Shown here: piece by piece, positions 50,019 to 59,940 of the stretch | Numbering within the stretch: position 1 is the first letter of the stretch | How the letters are laid out: every line of letters starts with the position of its first letter | NCBI GenBank assembly: GCA_963738405.1 | Contig: CAVTWJ010000022.1 | Coordinates: 153,717-217,716, forward strand | Source of the DNA: a candidate division FCPU426 bacterium | GTDB taxonomy: Bacteria; Oederibacteriota; Muellerivitia; Muellerivitales; Muellerivitaceae | DNA: 64,000 bases | Reading direction: 5' to 3' | The notes under the pieces: generated by a model | What the model was told of the DNA's origin: nothing | Databases searched by the model: none | The model's input: the letters and a program-made list of their open reading frames with translations, nothing else | Program-made: the position numbers and the translations under genes

Positions 50019-50504
50019 TTATTCCTTGATTCTTTCCAGTAATACCACCGCCTGGACAGAAAGGCCTTCTTCCCGGCCCTCAAAGCCCATCCCCTCGGTG
50101 GTTTTCGCCTTTACGTTTACCGTGTCGAGATTAAGTTCCAGGGTTTCCTCGATCATTCGGGCCATGGGTATCAAATAGGCCAAAAGCTTGGGTTTCTGGC
50201 AAACGATAGTGCTATCAATATTGATGATCTGCCATCCCTTAGTTCTAACCAATCGGCCACATTCCTTAAGAATGAGCAGACTATTGACCCCTTTCCATTT
50301 GGGGTCGGAATCCGGGAAATAATGGCCGATATTGCCCAAAGCGGCGGCCCCCAAAAGAGCGTCGCATATGGCGTGGGAAAGGGCATCGGCGTCCGAATGG
50401 CCCATCAAGCCCTTGGAATGGGGAATGGTCACGCCCCCCAAAATGAAGGGCCTTCCTTCAGCCCAGGTATGGGCGTCATAGCCCGTTCCAACCCGAAAAT
50501 TCAA
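50019..50504 (-). CDS. ispF: 2-C-methyl-D-erythritol 2,4-cyclodiphosphate synthase
   Basis: RVGTGYDAH, GHSDAD, HAICDALLGA, VKAKTTE. Confidence 0.95.
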   Translation of the reverse strand: MNFRVGTGYDAHTWAEGRPFILGGVTIPHSKGLMGHSDADALSHAICDALLGAAALGNIGHYFPDSDPKWKGVNSLLILKECGRLVRTKGWQIINIDSTIVCQKPKLLAYLIPMARMIEETLELNLDTVNVKAKTTEGMGFEGREEGLSVQAVVLLERIKE

Positions 50505-50643
50505 GTTTCCAACTCCCAAAAGCTCAAATTTCTATCTGCACCCTTAAGGGCCGCATAGTTTAGCAAATCTTTCAATAATTCGCCTTGCCGGAATGGAATT
50601 CGCTACTTCAAGGAAGGAATTTATCGCGGAAAAAAGAGGATAT

Positions 50644-51360
50644 TTATCGTCCGTCTGTATTGCGCCAAATCAGGTCTTTGACTCTCTGAAGGTCATATGC
50701 GGTGGTCACTTTAAAATTCAAATCATCACCTTCAACCGTCCGGACTTTGAAACCGGCGGCCTCCACCACAGCCGCGTCATCCGTCAAGCGGGATGCCCGG
50801 CGGCCCAGCTTCTGAAAAGCCTTATTCAAAAGTGGAAGTTTAAAACCCTGCGGGGTTTGAACCGCCCGGATATGGGATCGATCCAAAGTTTTTTCAATCC
50901 TATTTCCTGAAACCATCTTTAGGGTATCCCGAACAGGGACAACAGGAATAGCGGCTCCCGAAACGGCAGCCGCTTCCAGAACCCGGCGGATCATTTCGGG
51001 GCTGACCAGGGGCCTGGCCGCATCGTGAACCAACACGTGTTTCACCCCCTTGGGGATAACTGATAAACCTTCCCGGACCGAATCTTCCCTCTCGGCACCG
51101 CCCTTGGTCACAATCCCCGCCAATTTGTAACGGTAGATGGCCTGAATCGCCCTTTCCATATAATTTTCCCGGGTGGCAACGACCACATAGGCCAAACCCG
51201 GAACTTTAGAAAAGGATTCAAGGCAAAGATCCAGAAGGGTTCTTCGATGGTCCACGAAAAGAAAGGGCTTGGCTACCTTAGCCTTTAAACGGGTGGATTG
51301 GCCGGCCGCCACAATCAGAACGGCCCAAGGGGAGGTTTTAGAGGGTTTTATTTTTTTCAT
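50644..51360 (-). CDS. ispD: 2-C-methyl-D-erythritol 4-phosphate cytidylyltransferase
   Basis: AAGQSTR, VLVHDAARP, QTPQGF, TDDA, NFKVTT. Confidence 0.95.
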   Translation of the reverse strand: MKKIKPSKTSPWAVLIVAAGQSTRLKAKVAKPFLFVDHRRTLLDLCLESFSKVPGLAYVVVATRENYMERAIQAIYRYKLAGIVTKGGAEREDSVREGLSVIPKGVKHVLVHDAARPLVSPEMIRRVLEAAAVSGAAIPVVPVRDTLKMVSGNRIEKTLDRSHIRAVQTPQGFKLPLLNKAFQKLGRRASRLTDDAAVVEAAGFKVRTVEGDDLNFKVTTAYDLQRVKDLIWRNTDGR

Positions 51361-51465
51361 GTGGGGGGCAGTTTAACAAATGGGATTAGGAGATTCCATA
51401 AAAGCCGGATAGAGGGCAAAGGTTTAATCAGACTTATTCAACCGACGTTTTTTATATCACGAACA

Positions 51466-52797
51466 CTAGTATAGGGTTCCGGGCCGTCTTTCGGCCAAAA
51501 GCCGGTAATCATGAGCTGTCAAGGCTTGCGCCATCCGATCACGGTATTGCCAATAAACCGATTCTTTTCTCAACCATTCCTTGTAGGTATAAAACACCTG
51601 GAAATAAACCGCGGCGAGGATGAAGACAACGCCCAAAATTCTCCAAAATTTAATTTTTATTAAAGCATCCCAACAGTAAAAAGAATAGATCATGGCTATC
51701 GGAAGAGATTCATAAATGCGGTACGCAAAGGGTTCTCTTATTGAAAACCAAAAACTCAGGTAGAGAACGATAAAAACCGCGAGGGATAAAAATTTTATTC
51801 CTTTCCAATCGGGGCGGGTGTGTTTTGGTTGAAACCAAAACACAAGCATTAGGACCGCTTGGAGAATTCCAGCCACCCAAAGGAAATACCCCGGGAAGGT
51901 GATCGCAGGGTTATCCCGTAGGTATTGAATTCTTTCCGGAGTGTGGTCCCCAATAAAGCGGGGCAATTCAAAACAAGCAAAAGAAAAATACCTGCCCAAA
52001 ACATCAAAAAAGCTCATGACCCCTTTAATACTCAAAAAACAGAAAGATCCATTAAGGTCATGTCCTGTCCGGAAACCGTACTTCAGGTAAGTTGGTATTA
52101 GAAGAGTCCACATTGGTATGGCCCCAACGGTTGCAAAAATACATGCCCTTTTAAATGCCCCCGTTCGAGCTTGCTGATAGAACGAAAAGAGAAAAAATGG
52201 GACGAAAAATACCCAAGTCATATGCAGTTGCAAGACCCAAAAGAAGCCAAAACCCATCAAGGCATTCGGCCAAATACCTTTTAGGAAATTCAAACTCAAA
52301 TCGGGAACCGATTCCATGAAACCGATAAAAAACAGTACTGCCCCTACAAGGGAAAGCGAGGTATTCACCACCTGAGTGGAAAAATGGGTGGTCCAGATGG
52401 AGACATATATCCAAGTAAAGATAAACCAAGGCGGAAAACTCGGTAGCCTTTTATGACAATACCAAGCTAAGAAACTCAGAGCGGCGAAAGTCACAAGGTT
52501 GGTAAAAAAGTAAGGGGACTCGGGGGCAGGCCATATCTTTAAGAAAAGAAAAAGAAGACCTCCTTCCAACGCACCGGGAAGCTGTGTGTTGAAGGCAGCC
52601 CCGCCATTTTGGAGGTCGGGCCCAAAATAGGGCCAGGTATGGGTGGTAAAAGCCTTCAAGCCAATGACATAAGTTTGGACTTCATCGTCATCTGGAAGAA
52701 GTGCGGGACAATTGAGACCGAACCAGAAGCGAAAAAAGAAAGCAAACAGGAAAAGAATAGGAATAACCGCATAACTTATTCTTTTATTCATAGGCAT
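51466..52797 (-). CDS. Polytopic membrane protein, possibly GT-C-like
   Basis: DDDE loop after TM1, WPYFGPD, many TM segments; visibly AT-richer than its neighbours. Confidence 0.5.
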   Translation of the reverse strand: MPMNKRISYAVIPILFLFAFFFRFWFGLNCPALLPDDDEVQTYVIGLKAFTTHTWPYFGPDLQNGGAAFNTQLPGALEGGLLFLFLKIWPAPESPYFFTNLVTFAALSFLAWYCHKRLPSFPPWFIFTWIYVSIWTTHFSTQVVNTSLSLVGAVLFFIGFMESVPDLSLNFLKGIWPNALMGFGFFWVLQLHMTWVFFVPFFLFSFYQQARTGAFKRACIFATVGAIPMWTLLIPTYLKYGFRTGHDLNGSFCFLSIKGVMSFFDVLGRYFSFACFELPRFIGDHTPERIQYLRDNPAITFPGYFLWVAGILQAVLMLVFWFQPKHTRPDWKGIKFLSLAVFIVLYLSFWFSIREPFAYRIYESLPIAMIYSFYCWDALIKIKFWRILGVVFILAAVYFQVFYTYKEWLRKESVYWQYRDRMAQALTAHDYRLLAERRPGTLY

Positions 52798-52873
52798 CCC
52801 GTAGATAGATTCACAACGTGTTGGGGGAAGAATAAAGGATTGGTTAGGCTTTTTCTACTTTAACGGCGTCTGA

Positions 52874-54268
52874 TCAACGAGGCACCAGGATGCCAATCGC
52901 CTCAGCCAAGGTTTTAACCGGCAATATTTCCATCATGGCATCGGGAAGAAGCGATACCGCTTTCACATTGCCCTGAGGGATGACCGCCTGCTTGAAACCC
53001 AACCGGGCCGCCTCAGCCAAACGGGGACCAATCTGGGATACCGCCCTCACTTCGCCCGACAACCCCAACTCGCCCAACACCAGCACATCAGGTGCGACCG
53101 GCACCTCCCTGAAAGAAGACGCCGCAGCCACCGCCGCCGATAGATCGATGGAAGGCTCCACAACCCTAATGCCTCCCGCCACATTGAGAAAAACATCCTG
53201 GGAGGAAATAGCCATTCCCAATCTTTTTTCCATAATGGCCAAAAGAAGCGCGAGCCGGTTCGGGTCAATCCCCGAACAGCGCCGCTGAGGGATGCCAAAA
53301 TTCGCTGGGCTTACCAAAGCCTGAACCTCTAAAAGAAGGGGCCGGCTTCCTTCCAGGCTGGCCGTAATAACCGAGCCGGAGCTGTGGGTGAAATGGTCTT
53401 CCAAAAAAGCCTTGGAAGCGTCGTCCACTTCCGCCAAGCCGTCTTCCCTCATCTCGAAGATGCCGATTTCCTGGGTGCTTCCAAAACGATTCTTCACCGC
53501 CCGAAGCAGGCGGTATTGACGGTTCATATCCCCCTCAAAATAAAGCACCGCGTCCACCATGTGCTCCAGGGTCATGGGCCCGGCGATACTTCCCTCTTTC
53601 GTCACATGGCCGATCAGGAAAAGAGGAAGCTTTTCCCTCTTGGCAAGGTAAGTCAGGCGGGCTGCCGATTCCCTCACCTGGGAAACACTGCCTGGGGCGG
53701 AGGAAATATCCGAAAGGAAGAGGGTTTGAATGGAATCAATCACCGTCAATACAGGCCGGGTCTTTTCGATCTGGGCCAGGATGGCCCTGACATCGGTTTC
53801 GGGAAAGATATAGAGGTTGTTGGACCTTATGCCCAATCGTTCGGCGCGAAGTTTAATTTGCTGGGCCGATTCCTCGCCCGTCACATAGAGGCATTTCCCG
53901 CCCTGTTGTTGGGGAAGCCTGGCAAGCCGGTCAACAACCTGTAACAGCAGGGTGGACTTTCCTATACCCGGGTCCCCGCCGATCATGACCGTTTCGCCCG
54001 GCACAATGCCCCCGCCCAAAACCCGGTCGAATTCGTTGATGCCCGTGTTGAGCCGGAAGCCGTCCGATACTTCAATGTCCGTGAGCGAAACCGGATCTAC
54101 CGAGTCGGACGATTTAGCTAGTTTTCGGCCCCTTTCCTCGTGTTTACTCGTCTCGATGGTTTCTTCGACGAAGCTGTTCCACTCGCCGCAAAGGTTGCAC
54201 TTGCCTTGCCACTTGTAGGACTTGGCACCGCAGTTTTTGCAGGCATATTGGGTTTTGGTTTTAGGCAT
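52874..54268 (-). CDS. radA: DNA repair protein RadA/Sms
   Basis: C4 zinc finger, GGDPGIGKSTL, KNRFG, Lon-like C-terminus. Confidence 0.97.
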   Translation of the reverse strand: MPKTKTQYACKNCGAKSYKWQGKCNLCGEWNSFVEETIETSKHEERGRKLAKSSDSVDPVSLTDIEVSDGFRLNTGINEFDRVLGGGIVPGETVMIGGDPGIGKSTLLLQVVDRLARLPQQQGGKCLYVTGEESAQQIKLRAERLGIRSNNLYIFPETDVRAILAQIEKTRPVLTVIDSIQTLFLSDISSAPGSVSQVRESAARLTYLAKREKLPLFLIGHVTKEGSIAGPMTLEHMVDAVLYFEGDMNRQYRLLRAVKNRFGSTQEIGIFEMREDGLAEVDDASKAFLEDHFTHSSGSVITASLEGSRPLLLEVQALVSPANFGIPQRRCSGIDPNRLALLLAIMEKRLGMAISSQDVFLNVAGGIRVVEPSIDLSAAVAAASSFREVPVAPDVLVLGELGLSGEVRAVSQIGPRLAEAARLGFKQAVIPQGNVKAVSLLPDAMMEILPVKTLAEAIGILVPR

Positions 54269-54296
54269 AAAAAACCTCGAAAGGCGAATTGATGAA

Positions 54297-54324
54297 ATTA
54301 TACACTTGTATACCTTTCAGGCAA
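54297..54324 (-). promoter_or_regulatory. Putative sigma70 promoter of radA
   Basis: Minus strand TTGCCT-16 nt-TATAAT. Confidence 0.5.
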
Positions 54325-54325
54325 C

Positions 54326-54356
54326 AAAAAAGGCTCCCGGTTTCGGGAGCCTTTTT
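54326..54356. terminator. Intrinsic terminator
   Basis: AAAAAGGCTCCCG-gttt-CGGGAGCCTTTTT. Confidence 0.85.
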
Positions 54357-54376
54357 CCAATAAAATCTGCGGGTTC

Positions 54377-54703
54377 TTAGTTTTTCTTTTTAGCTTCGGG
54401 GGAGACGGTTCCTTTATCTTCGTCCTTCTTTCCCATATCTCCCATGGGACAGCCGCCCATCATGCTTCCATGCTCCATGGGGCAATTCGACATTCCCATT
54501 GAGCAATGAGAACCCATCATGCAATGCCCGGCCAGGCAAGAACCTAGCATGCAAAGGGGCCCCGACAGGGAAACAATCAGGATGATCCATCCCACGACCT
54601 TGCCCAACTTTTGGGTGAACCCGGTTTGTTTATCGGCAAGAGTCAAAACCCAGTAGCCCAAGGCCAAGGTAAAAAGATAAGCCACAATCTTATGCGTCAT
54701 CAT
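54377..54703 (-). CDS. Small membrane protein with Met/Cys/His-rich tail
   Basis: Two TM segments then CMLGSCLAGHCMMGSHCSMGMSNCPMEHGSMMGGCPMGDM; AAGGAG RBS. Confidence 0.7.
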   Translation of the reverse strand: MMTHKIVAYLFTLALGYWVLTLADKQTGFTQKLGKVVGWIILIVSLSGPLCMLGSCLAGHCMMGSHCSMGMSNCPMEHGSMMGGCPMGDMGKKDEDKGTVSPEAKKKN

Positions 54704-54727
54704 AATCTCTCCTTTTTATTTACCGGA

Positions 54728-55456
54728 TCAAAGTCCCGGAATATTCACTTTTGGTATTTGAACGTTTCCAGTGTTCGGGGCCATTTGACTCAAATCCACC
54801 TTCGGCATCTTCATTTCTTTGTAATCGGAAGGCGGGGCAAAAAAACTTGAATCCAGCGACTTCGCCTCGATCTTAACAGCTTCCGCGCTGCCGCTAATGT
54901 CTCCCGACTTGTTGGTGGACTCCCACTTCATGGGAAACAATTTTTGGGTCACCACCAAATTCACCATGGCCTTTTGGGAAGGGTCCAGCTTGTCGGATTG
55001 GGCGGCCATCTGGGTCCCCCACCAGTTGCCGATTCCCGGCGCGAACCAAACCTTGCCATTGTTATCGTCGGACGTGTAATCCCATTCCTCGCAATTGTGG
55101 CCCAGGATGTTTTGGCTGTTCCCCGTCTTGTGGATCTTGAAATGCTTATCCGCGCTGTTGTAATGAAATTTCTCAGGGTGAAGCTCGCTGACCATGTACA
55201 TTTTCTGCTTGTCCATAATCATGATCATCTCGTGCGTCTTATAATCGTAGATTCCGCCGCCGATGGTTGCCCCATCCTTGCCCTCAAACTGGGTTCGCAC
55301 CTTGTTGCCCTTGACGAAATATTCCATGACCGTGGATTTATCCGATTTGTTGCTGGTCATCTTCATGTCGACTTCGCCCTCAAAGGCCTCCGCCCTGACA
55401 TAGCCGAAAGCCAGGAGAAGGGCAGCGACCGCCCAAACCCTCATCATTTTTTTCAT
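54728..55456 (-). CDS. Secreted DUF4412-like protein
   Basis: Signal peptide, FEGEVDMK, KTGNSQNILGHNCEEW, FFAPPSDY; GGAGGA RBS. Confidence 0.75.
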   Translation of the reverse strand: MKKMMRVWAVAALLLAFGYVRAEAFEGEVDMKMTSNKSDKSTVMEYFVKGNKVRTQFEGKDGATIGGGIYDYKTHEMIMIMDKQKMYMVSELHPEKFHYNSADKHFKIHKTGNSQNILGHNCEEWDYTSDDNNGKVWFAPGIGNWWGTQMAAQSDKLDPSQKAMVNLVVTQKLFPMKWESTNKSGDISGSAEAVKIEAKSLDSSFFAPPSDYKEMKMPKVDLSQMAPNTGNVQIPKVNIPGL

Positions 55457-55632
55457 GAACATTCCTCCGAATTTCAGTGATCTTCCCCATGGACCAACGG
55501 GCCTTACTCTAGCCGAAGCCTTGCGCGGCCACAACTCAAGCAGGGGCATCGAAGGGGTTAGAAAATGCCGTTTTACAAAGAATTTATATGGGTATCAAAG
55601 GTTTTTAAAAGGAGGTGCTCAAAGGGACAGGT

Positions 55633-56514
55633 TTATTTCTTCCACAAAAGGCGCCAGGGGTGGGCCTTCAGGTCTTCCACCATGTCCCGCAGGTCATCCG
55701 CCGTCTTCTGGTCGGATATCAACAGTCCCAGGGTGCCTTGGCCGTTTTGGATATTTTGGGCCAGCTGGTTCATGACCTTAAGGGTCGAATTAAGGTTCTT
55801 CACCGATTCCTGGACCTGCTTTTTATCCAGGCTTGTGGACAAACTGTCCAAGCTCTTGGCCACGCTCTGCACGCTATTTATAATTTCATCGGCCTTACCG
55901 CTCGAATCCTGGAGGCTGTCCAGAATCTTCTCGACCTTTTGGCGGCTGGTCTCGGATAAGGCCAAAAGGTTCTCGGTGGTTTTATTCATATTTTCGAAGG
56001 TTTTCAGGAAGTTTTCCTTCGCCTTGGGGTCGCCCATCATGTGCTCGAAGGTTTCCAGCACGTCGCCCAATTGGCTGAAGGTTTTATCCAGGTTGTTGGC
56101 ATCCACCCCGGTCAGAACATCGTCTTTTCCCAAGGGGTCCCCACTCCCCAGGTCGGAAGTAATTTGCACGTAGCGAGAGCCCAAAAGCCCCGCGCTGTAA
56201 ATGGCCACTTGGGAATCCTTGCGCAGTTGAAAATTGGGTTCGGTGATTCGAAGCAATACCTCGGCCTGGCCGGTGGCGATCTGGATGCCCTCCACCTCGC
56301 CCACCTTGATTCCGCCCGCGTATTCCACCGGGGCATTGGTTTTCAGGTCCCCCAAGAAGTTGAACTTCACCCTCGCGGTATAGCCCGAGGCCGCGAAATG
56401 GAAATTGTTCACGAACAATATGGCGACCATAAGGGCCAGCCCGGCCGAAACGACCATAAGCCCTACTTTGAATTCTTGGGACATAAAGGATGACTGAGAT
56501 TCTTCCATGATCAC
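55633..56514 (-). CDS. mlaD: MlaD/MCE family protein
   Basis: EFKVG plus TM segment, GGIKVGEV, GLLGSRYV, helical tail with GTLGLLI. Confidence 0.88.
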   Translation of the reverse strand: MIMEESQSSFMSQEFKVGLMVVSAGLALMVAILFVNNFHFAASGYTARVKFNFLGDLKTNAPVEYAGGIKVGEVEGIQIATGQAEVLLRITEPNFQLRKDSQVAIYSAGLLGSRYVQITSDLGSGDPLGKDDVLTGVDANNLDKTFSQLGDVLETFEHMMGDPKAKENFLKTFENMNKTTENLLALSETSRQKVEKILDSLQDSSGKADEIINSVQSVAKSLDSLSTSLDKKQVQESVKNLNSTLKVMNQLAQNIQNGQGTLGLLISDQKTADDLRDMVEDLKAHPWRLLWKK

Positions 56515-56531
56515 CTTGATAAAGAAGGTTA

Positions 56532-57299
56532 TTACCGGATGGCCATCGGCCCTTCCACGCTTCCGGTCACGAATTGGCGGATATAAGGATTAGGGCTCTT
56601 TTTAATCTCATCGGGGGTGCCGAGTCCGATAATTTTGCCATCATATATCATGGCAATTCGGTTGGCCACCTTGTAGGCGCTGTGCATGTCGTGGGTCACC
56701 ACGATGGAAGTCACCGAAAGCTTTTTTTGCATGTCGAGAATGAGGTCGTTGATAGCTTCCGAGGTAACCGGGTCCAGACCCGAGGTGGGCTCGTCGTAAA
56801 GGATGATCTCCGGGTCCACCGCGATGGCCCGGGCCAGCCCCACGCGTTTTCGCATGCCGCCGGAAAGCTGGGAGGGCTTGCGCGAAGCCACTTCATCTTT
56901 CAACCCCACCAGTTCCAGCTTTTGCCTGCAAACCTCCAGCGCCTTGGCGCGGGGCATTTGAAAATCCCGCAAGAGGCGGAAAGCGACATTCTCGAAAACG
57001 GTGAGCGAATCAAACAGGGCCGCTCCTTGAAACACGACTCCCATTTTCTTACGCAGTTCATTCAGTTCGGTCTCGGCCATATGCTCGATTTTCTGGCCTT
57101 CCACCCACACTTCTCCCGAATCGGGGGTTATCAGACCCGCCACATGCTTGAGGATCGTGCTCTTCCCCACCCCCGAACGGCCGATGATGGCCAGGGTTTC
57201 TCCAGGAAACACTTCCAAATCCAGTTCATCCAAAACCACGAACTTGCCGAAACGCTTGCTAACCTTTTTCAATTGGATGATGGGCGCCTTGGAGTCCAT
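56532..57299 (-). CDS. mlaF: MlaF-type ABC ATP-binding protein
   Basis: GRSGVGKS, FQGAALFDS, LSGGMRKR, YDEPTSGLDP. Confidence 0.9.
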   Translation of the reverse strand: MDSKAPIIQLKKVSKRFGKFVVLDELDLEVFPGETLAIIGRSGVGKSTILKHVAGLITPDSGEVWVEGQKIEHMAETELNELRKKMGVVFQGAALFDSLTVFENVAFRLLRDFQMPRAKALEVCRQKLELVGLKDEVASRKPSQLSGGMRKRVGLARAIAVDPEIILYDEPTSGLDPVTSEAINDLILDMQKKLSVTSIVVTHDMHSAYKVANRIAMIYDGKIIGLGTPDEIKKSPNPYIRQFVTGSVEGPMAIR

Positions 57300-57306
57300 G
57301 GGGTTC

Positions 57307-58098
57307 CTATATCTTTAGGGTCGTGAGGATTGCGGTGAGGAAATAATCCGAAACTAGGATGGACATGAAAGAATAAACCACCGCGTTCGTGGTGGCCCTG
57401 CCCACGCCTTCCGCCCCGTTGGTGGTGGCAAAACCCTGTCGGCAGGAAACGATGGCAATAATGCTTCCAAAGATGAGAGCCTTGATGAGCCCCCCAATAA
57501 TGTCGCCGGTTTCCAAAGCCTGCTGGGACGCGTCGATATAAATGGTGGAAGAAGTAAACTTGAGGGTACAGACAAAGAGTCCGCCCAGCCAGCCGGTGAA
57601 ATCGGCGAAGATGGTCAGGATGGGCAACATGAATGAGAAAGCCAGAAAACGCGGAACCGCCAGGTATTTGACCGGGTTGGCGGCCAGGGTATAGAGGGCA
57701 TCTACCTGCTCGGTCACCTGCATGGTTCCAATTTCAGCGGCCACCGCCGAACCCATACGGCCCGCGATGACCATGGCCGTTAAGACTGGGCCTAGTTCCC
57801 GCACGATAGAAAGGGAAACCACCGCCCCCAAAAATTGGGAGATACCTTTCATTTTAGTTTCCAAGGTATAGCCCGACTGTAAAGCCACCACCATGCCGGT
57901 AAAAAAGGCGGTGGTCATGGCTACCGGAATAGATTCCACCCCCACCCTCACCATTTGCTGAAGGATCAACTTGAAATCGTGTGGCTTCCGCACTATCCAC
58001 GCATTAACACGAAGTGTGAGCAGCAGCATGTGCCCCGCTTCTTCTATAAAGTAAATGGTTTGTGCGCCGACTTGGCGGATAAAAAGATTTAAATTCAT
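57307..58098 (-). CDS. mlaE: MlaE permease
   Basis: RELGPVLTA, GRMGSAVAAEIGTM..TEQVDAL, GAEGVGRATT. Confidence 0.93.
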   Translation of the reverse strand: MNLNLFIRQVGAQTIYFIEEAGHMLLLTLRVNAWIVRKPHDFKLILQQMVRVGVESIPVAMTTAFFTGMVVALQSGYTLETKMKGISQFLGAVVSLSIVRELGPVLTAMVIAGRMGSAVAAEIGTMQVTEQVDALYTLAANPVKYLAVPRFLAFSFMLPILTIFADFTGWLGGLFVCTLKFTSSTIYIDASQQALETGDIIGGLIKALIFGSIIAIVSCRQGFATTNGAEGVGRATTNAVVYSFMSILVSDYFLTAILTTLKI

Positions 58099-58104
58099 AA
58101 AACC

Positions 58105-58214
58105 ATTTCACCACCAAGACACCAAGACACCAAGTTAAGTCTTGAAAAAAATATAGACGTTTTAAGAGTTTTCAAATCCTGGCCTTGTCGTTCTTGGTGT
58201 CTTGGTGGTGAAAT
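58105..58214. repeat. 110-bp hairpin with tandem-8-mer inverted arms between alr and mlaE
   Basis: ATTTCACCACCAAGACACCAAGACACCAAG ... CTTGTCGTTCTTGGTGTCTTGGTGGTGAAAT; the outer 23 bp are perfectly complementary. Confidence 0.9.
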
Positions 58215-58223
58215 CTTGGGTTT

Positions 58224-59351
58224 TTAAGTATAAACGCGGGTGACCCTTTCACCCACAGCGCATAAAAGTTCATAAGAAATAGTACCCGCAAGGGACGCCT
58301 GTTCTTCCACGCCGATTTGGGCCTTTCCCTGGCGGCCAAAGAAAACCGCCTCATCCCCAACCTTCACGTTCTTCACTTTAGAAACATCCAGCATCACCAT
58401 ATCCATGCAGACCGTCCCGATTTGAGGAACTCTTTTTCCACCCACCAGGAAATCGCACTTGTTGGAAAGGTTTCGGTGTACCCCGTCGGCGTAGCCTAAA
58501 GCCACTGTGGCGACGGAAACAGGTTTTTTGGCGGTGTAGGTACGCCCGTAACTGACCGATTGGCCCTTTTCGATCTTTTTTAGATGAATAATCTTCGCCT
58601 TTACCTGCATCACCGGTATCAGCGCTACCCTATTTTTGAAGGCGGGATTGGGATAGATGCCATAGAGGGCGATGCCGGGTCGAACCCAGGTGCCGGCGGA
58701 TTGAGGAAAATAAGTGAGGAGTGCCGCACTATTGGCCACATGGGTCATGGGGAAAAACCGTTCTTTTTGCCGAAGGGTTTCGAGGGCCTGGTTGAATTGG
58801 GTAATCTGTTTCCAAGCGTATTTGGGGTCCGTCCAATCGGCGGTGGCGAGATGGCTATAGACCGCTTCCACCCTCAACCCCTCAACCTTTCGAATGGCCT
58901 GAATTTCAGCCAAGACACTCTTCAACTTAACGCCTAACCTTCCCATACCCGTGTCGATTTTGACGTGAACGGGCACCGGCCCGCTTTTCATTTTCTTGGC
59001 GGCCTGGGCCAATTCCATCGCACCCCCGAGGGAACTGACCTGGGGAGTCAGGGCGTTATCTAACAGGTCCGGGATTTCTTCTTTTAAGGTGGGGGTCAAA
59101 ACCAAGATGGGGACATCAACGCCAAAGGCCCGCAATTCGGCCCCTTCCTGCACAGTGGCCACCGCCAGCATCTTGGCCCCCGCTTGGAGAAGCGCCTGGG
59201 AAACCGGAACCGCCCCATGACCATAGGCATTGGCCTTAATCACCGGGAGAATTTGGGAACCTTGGGCGATCTTGGCCAAAGCCTTGAAGTTATTTTTCAG
59301 GGCCTTCATGGAAATTTCCGCCCAGGCGGGGGTTTTGGATTGGGTTGGCAT
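58224..59351 (-). CDS. alr: Alanine racemase
   Basis: VIKANAYGHG, KIDTGMGRLG, VRPGIALYG, GYADG, CMD, TISYE. Start set at MPTQSK. Confidence 0.96.
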   Translation of the reverse strand: MPTQSKTPAWAEISMKALKNNFKALAKIAQGSQILPVIKANAYGHGAVPVSQALLQAGAKMLAVATVQEGAELRAFGVDVPILVLTPTLKEEIPDLLDNALTPQVSSLGGAMELAQAAKKMKSGPVPVHVKIDTGMGRLGVKLKSVLAEIQAIRKVEGLRVEAVYSHLATADWTDPKYAWKQITQFNQALETLRQKERFFPMTHVANSAALLTYFPQSAGTWVRPGIALYGIYPNPAFKNRVALIPVMQVKAKIIHLKKIEKGQSVSYGRTYTAKKPVSVATVALGYADGVHRNLSNKCDFLVGGKRVPQIGTVCMDMVMLDVSKVKNVKVGDEAVFFGRQGKAQIGVEEQASLAGTISYELLCAVGERVTRVYT

Positions 59352-59373
59352 GGGGTTACCCTTTAGGCGATTT

Positions 59374-59940
59374 TTATTTATCCGAAACCTTTGAGGCGGA
59401 TTCGAAAGTCGTGTATTGGTTGCGGAAGACCACATTGATGTTTTCCGTGGGGCCGTTACGCTGTTTGGCCAAAACCAGCTCGTAATTGAACATAGGCTTT
59501 TCACCGTCCTGGCCTGCCGATTCCCGGTGGATGAATATAACCACGTCAGCGTCTTGTTCGATGGCGCCCGATTCACGAAGGTCGGACAAGACCGGTCTTT
59601 TCTCTTCCGCGCCCTTTTGGGGTCGGGACAACTGGGACAAAACCACCACCGGGATATCCAAATCTTTGGCCAGTGCCTTCAACTGGCGGGAAATGTAGGC
59701 GATTTCCTGTTCCCGATTGTCGGTTCGGATTCCCGCTTGGATGAGCTGAAGGTAGTCGATCAGCAAAATCCCGATACCATATTCGCGTTTCAAACGCCGG
59801 GCCTTGGCCTTAAGGTCCAACACGGTCATGGAAGAGGTATCGTCGATGTACAGCTTAGCCTCGTAAAATTGCCCTGTCACGCCGACCAAGCGGGCCCTTT
59901 CCTGGTCACTCAGGTAGCCGGACCTGGCTTTTTTCAGGTC
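59374..59940 (-). CDS. dnaB: Replicative DNA helicase, C-terminal part only (truncated at the junction)
   Basis: LYIDD, IDYLQL, LSQLSR, SDLRESGAIEQDAD, AKQRNGPT; Walker A and N-terminal domain absent. Confidence 0.9.
   Translation of the reverse strand, partial: DLKKARSGYLSDQERARLVGVTGQFYEAKLYIDDTSSMTVLDLKAKARRLKREYGIGILLIDYLQLIQAGIRTDNREQEIAYISRQLKALAKDLDIPVVVLSQLSRPQKGAEEKRPVLSDLRESGAIEQDADVVIFIHRESAGQDGEKPMFNYELVLAKQRNGPTENINVVFRNQYTTFESASKVSDK

Noticed and set aside
50505..50643. ispD-ispF spacer as a third repeat-arm element
   Set aside because: No tandem or inverted repeats found by eye.
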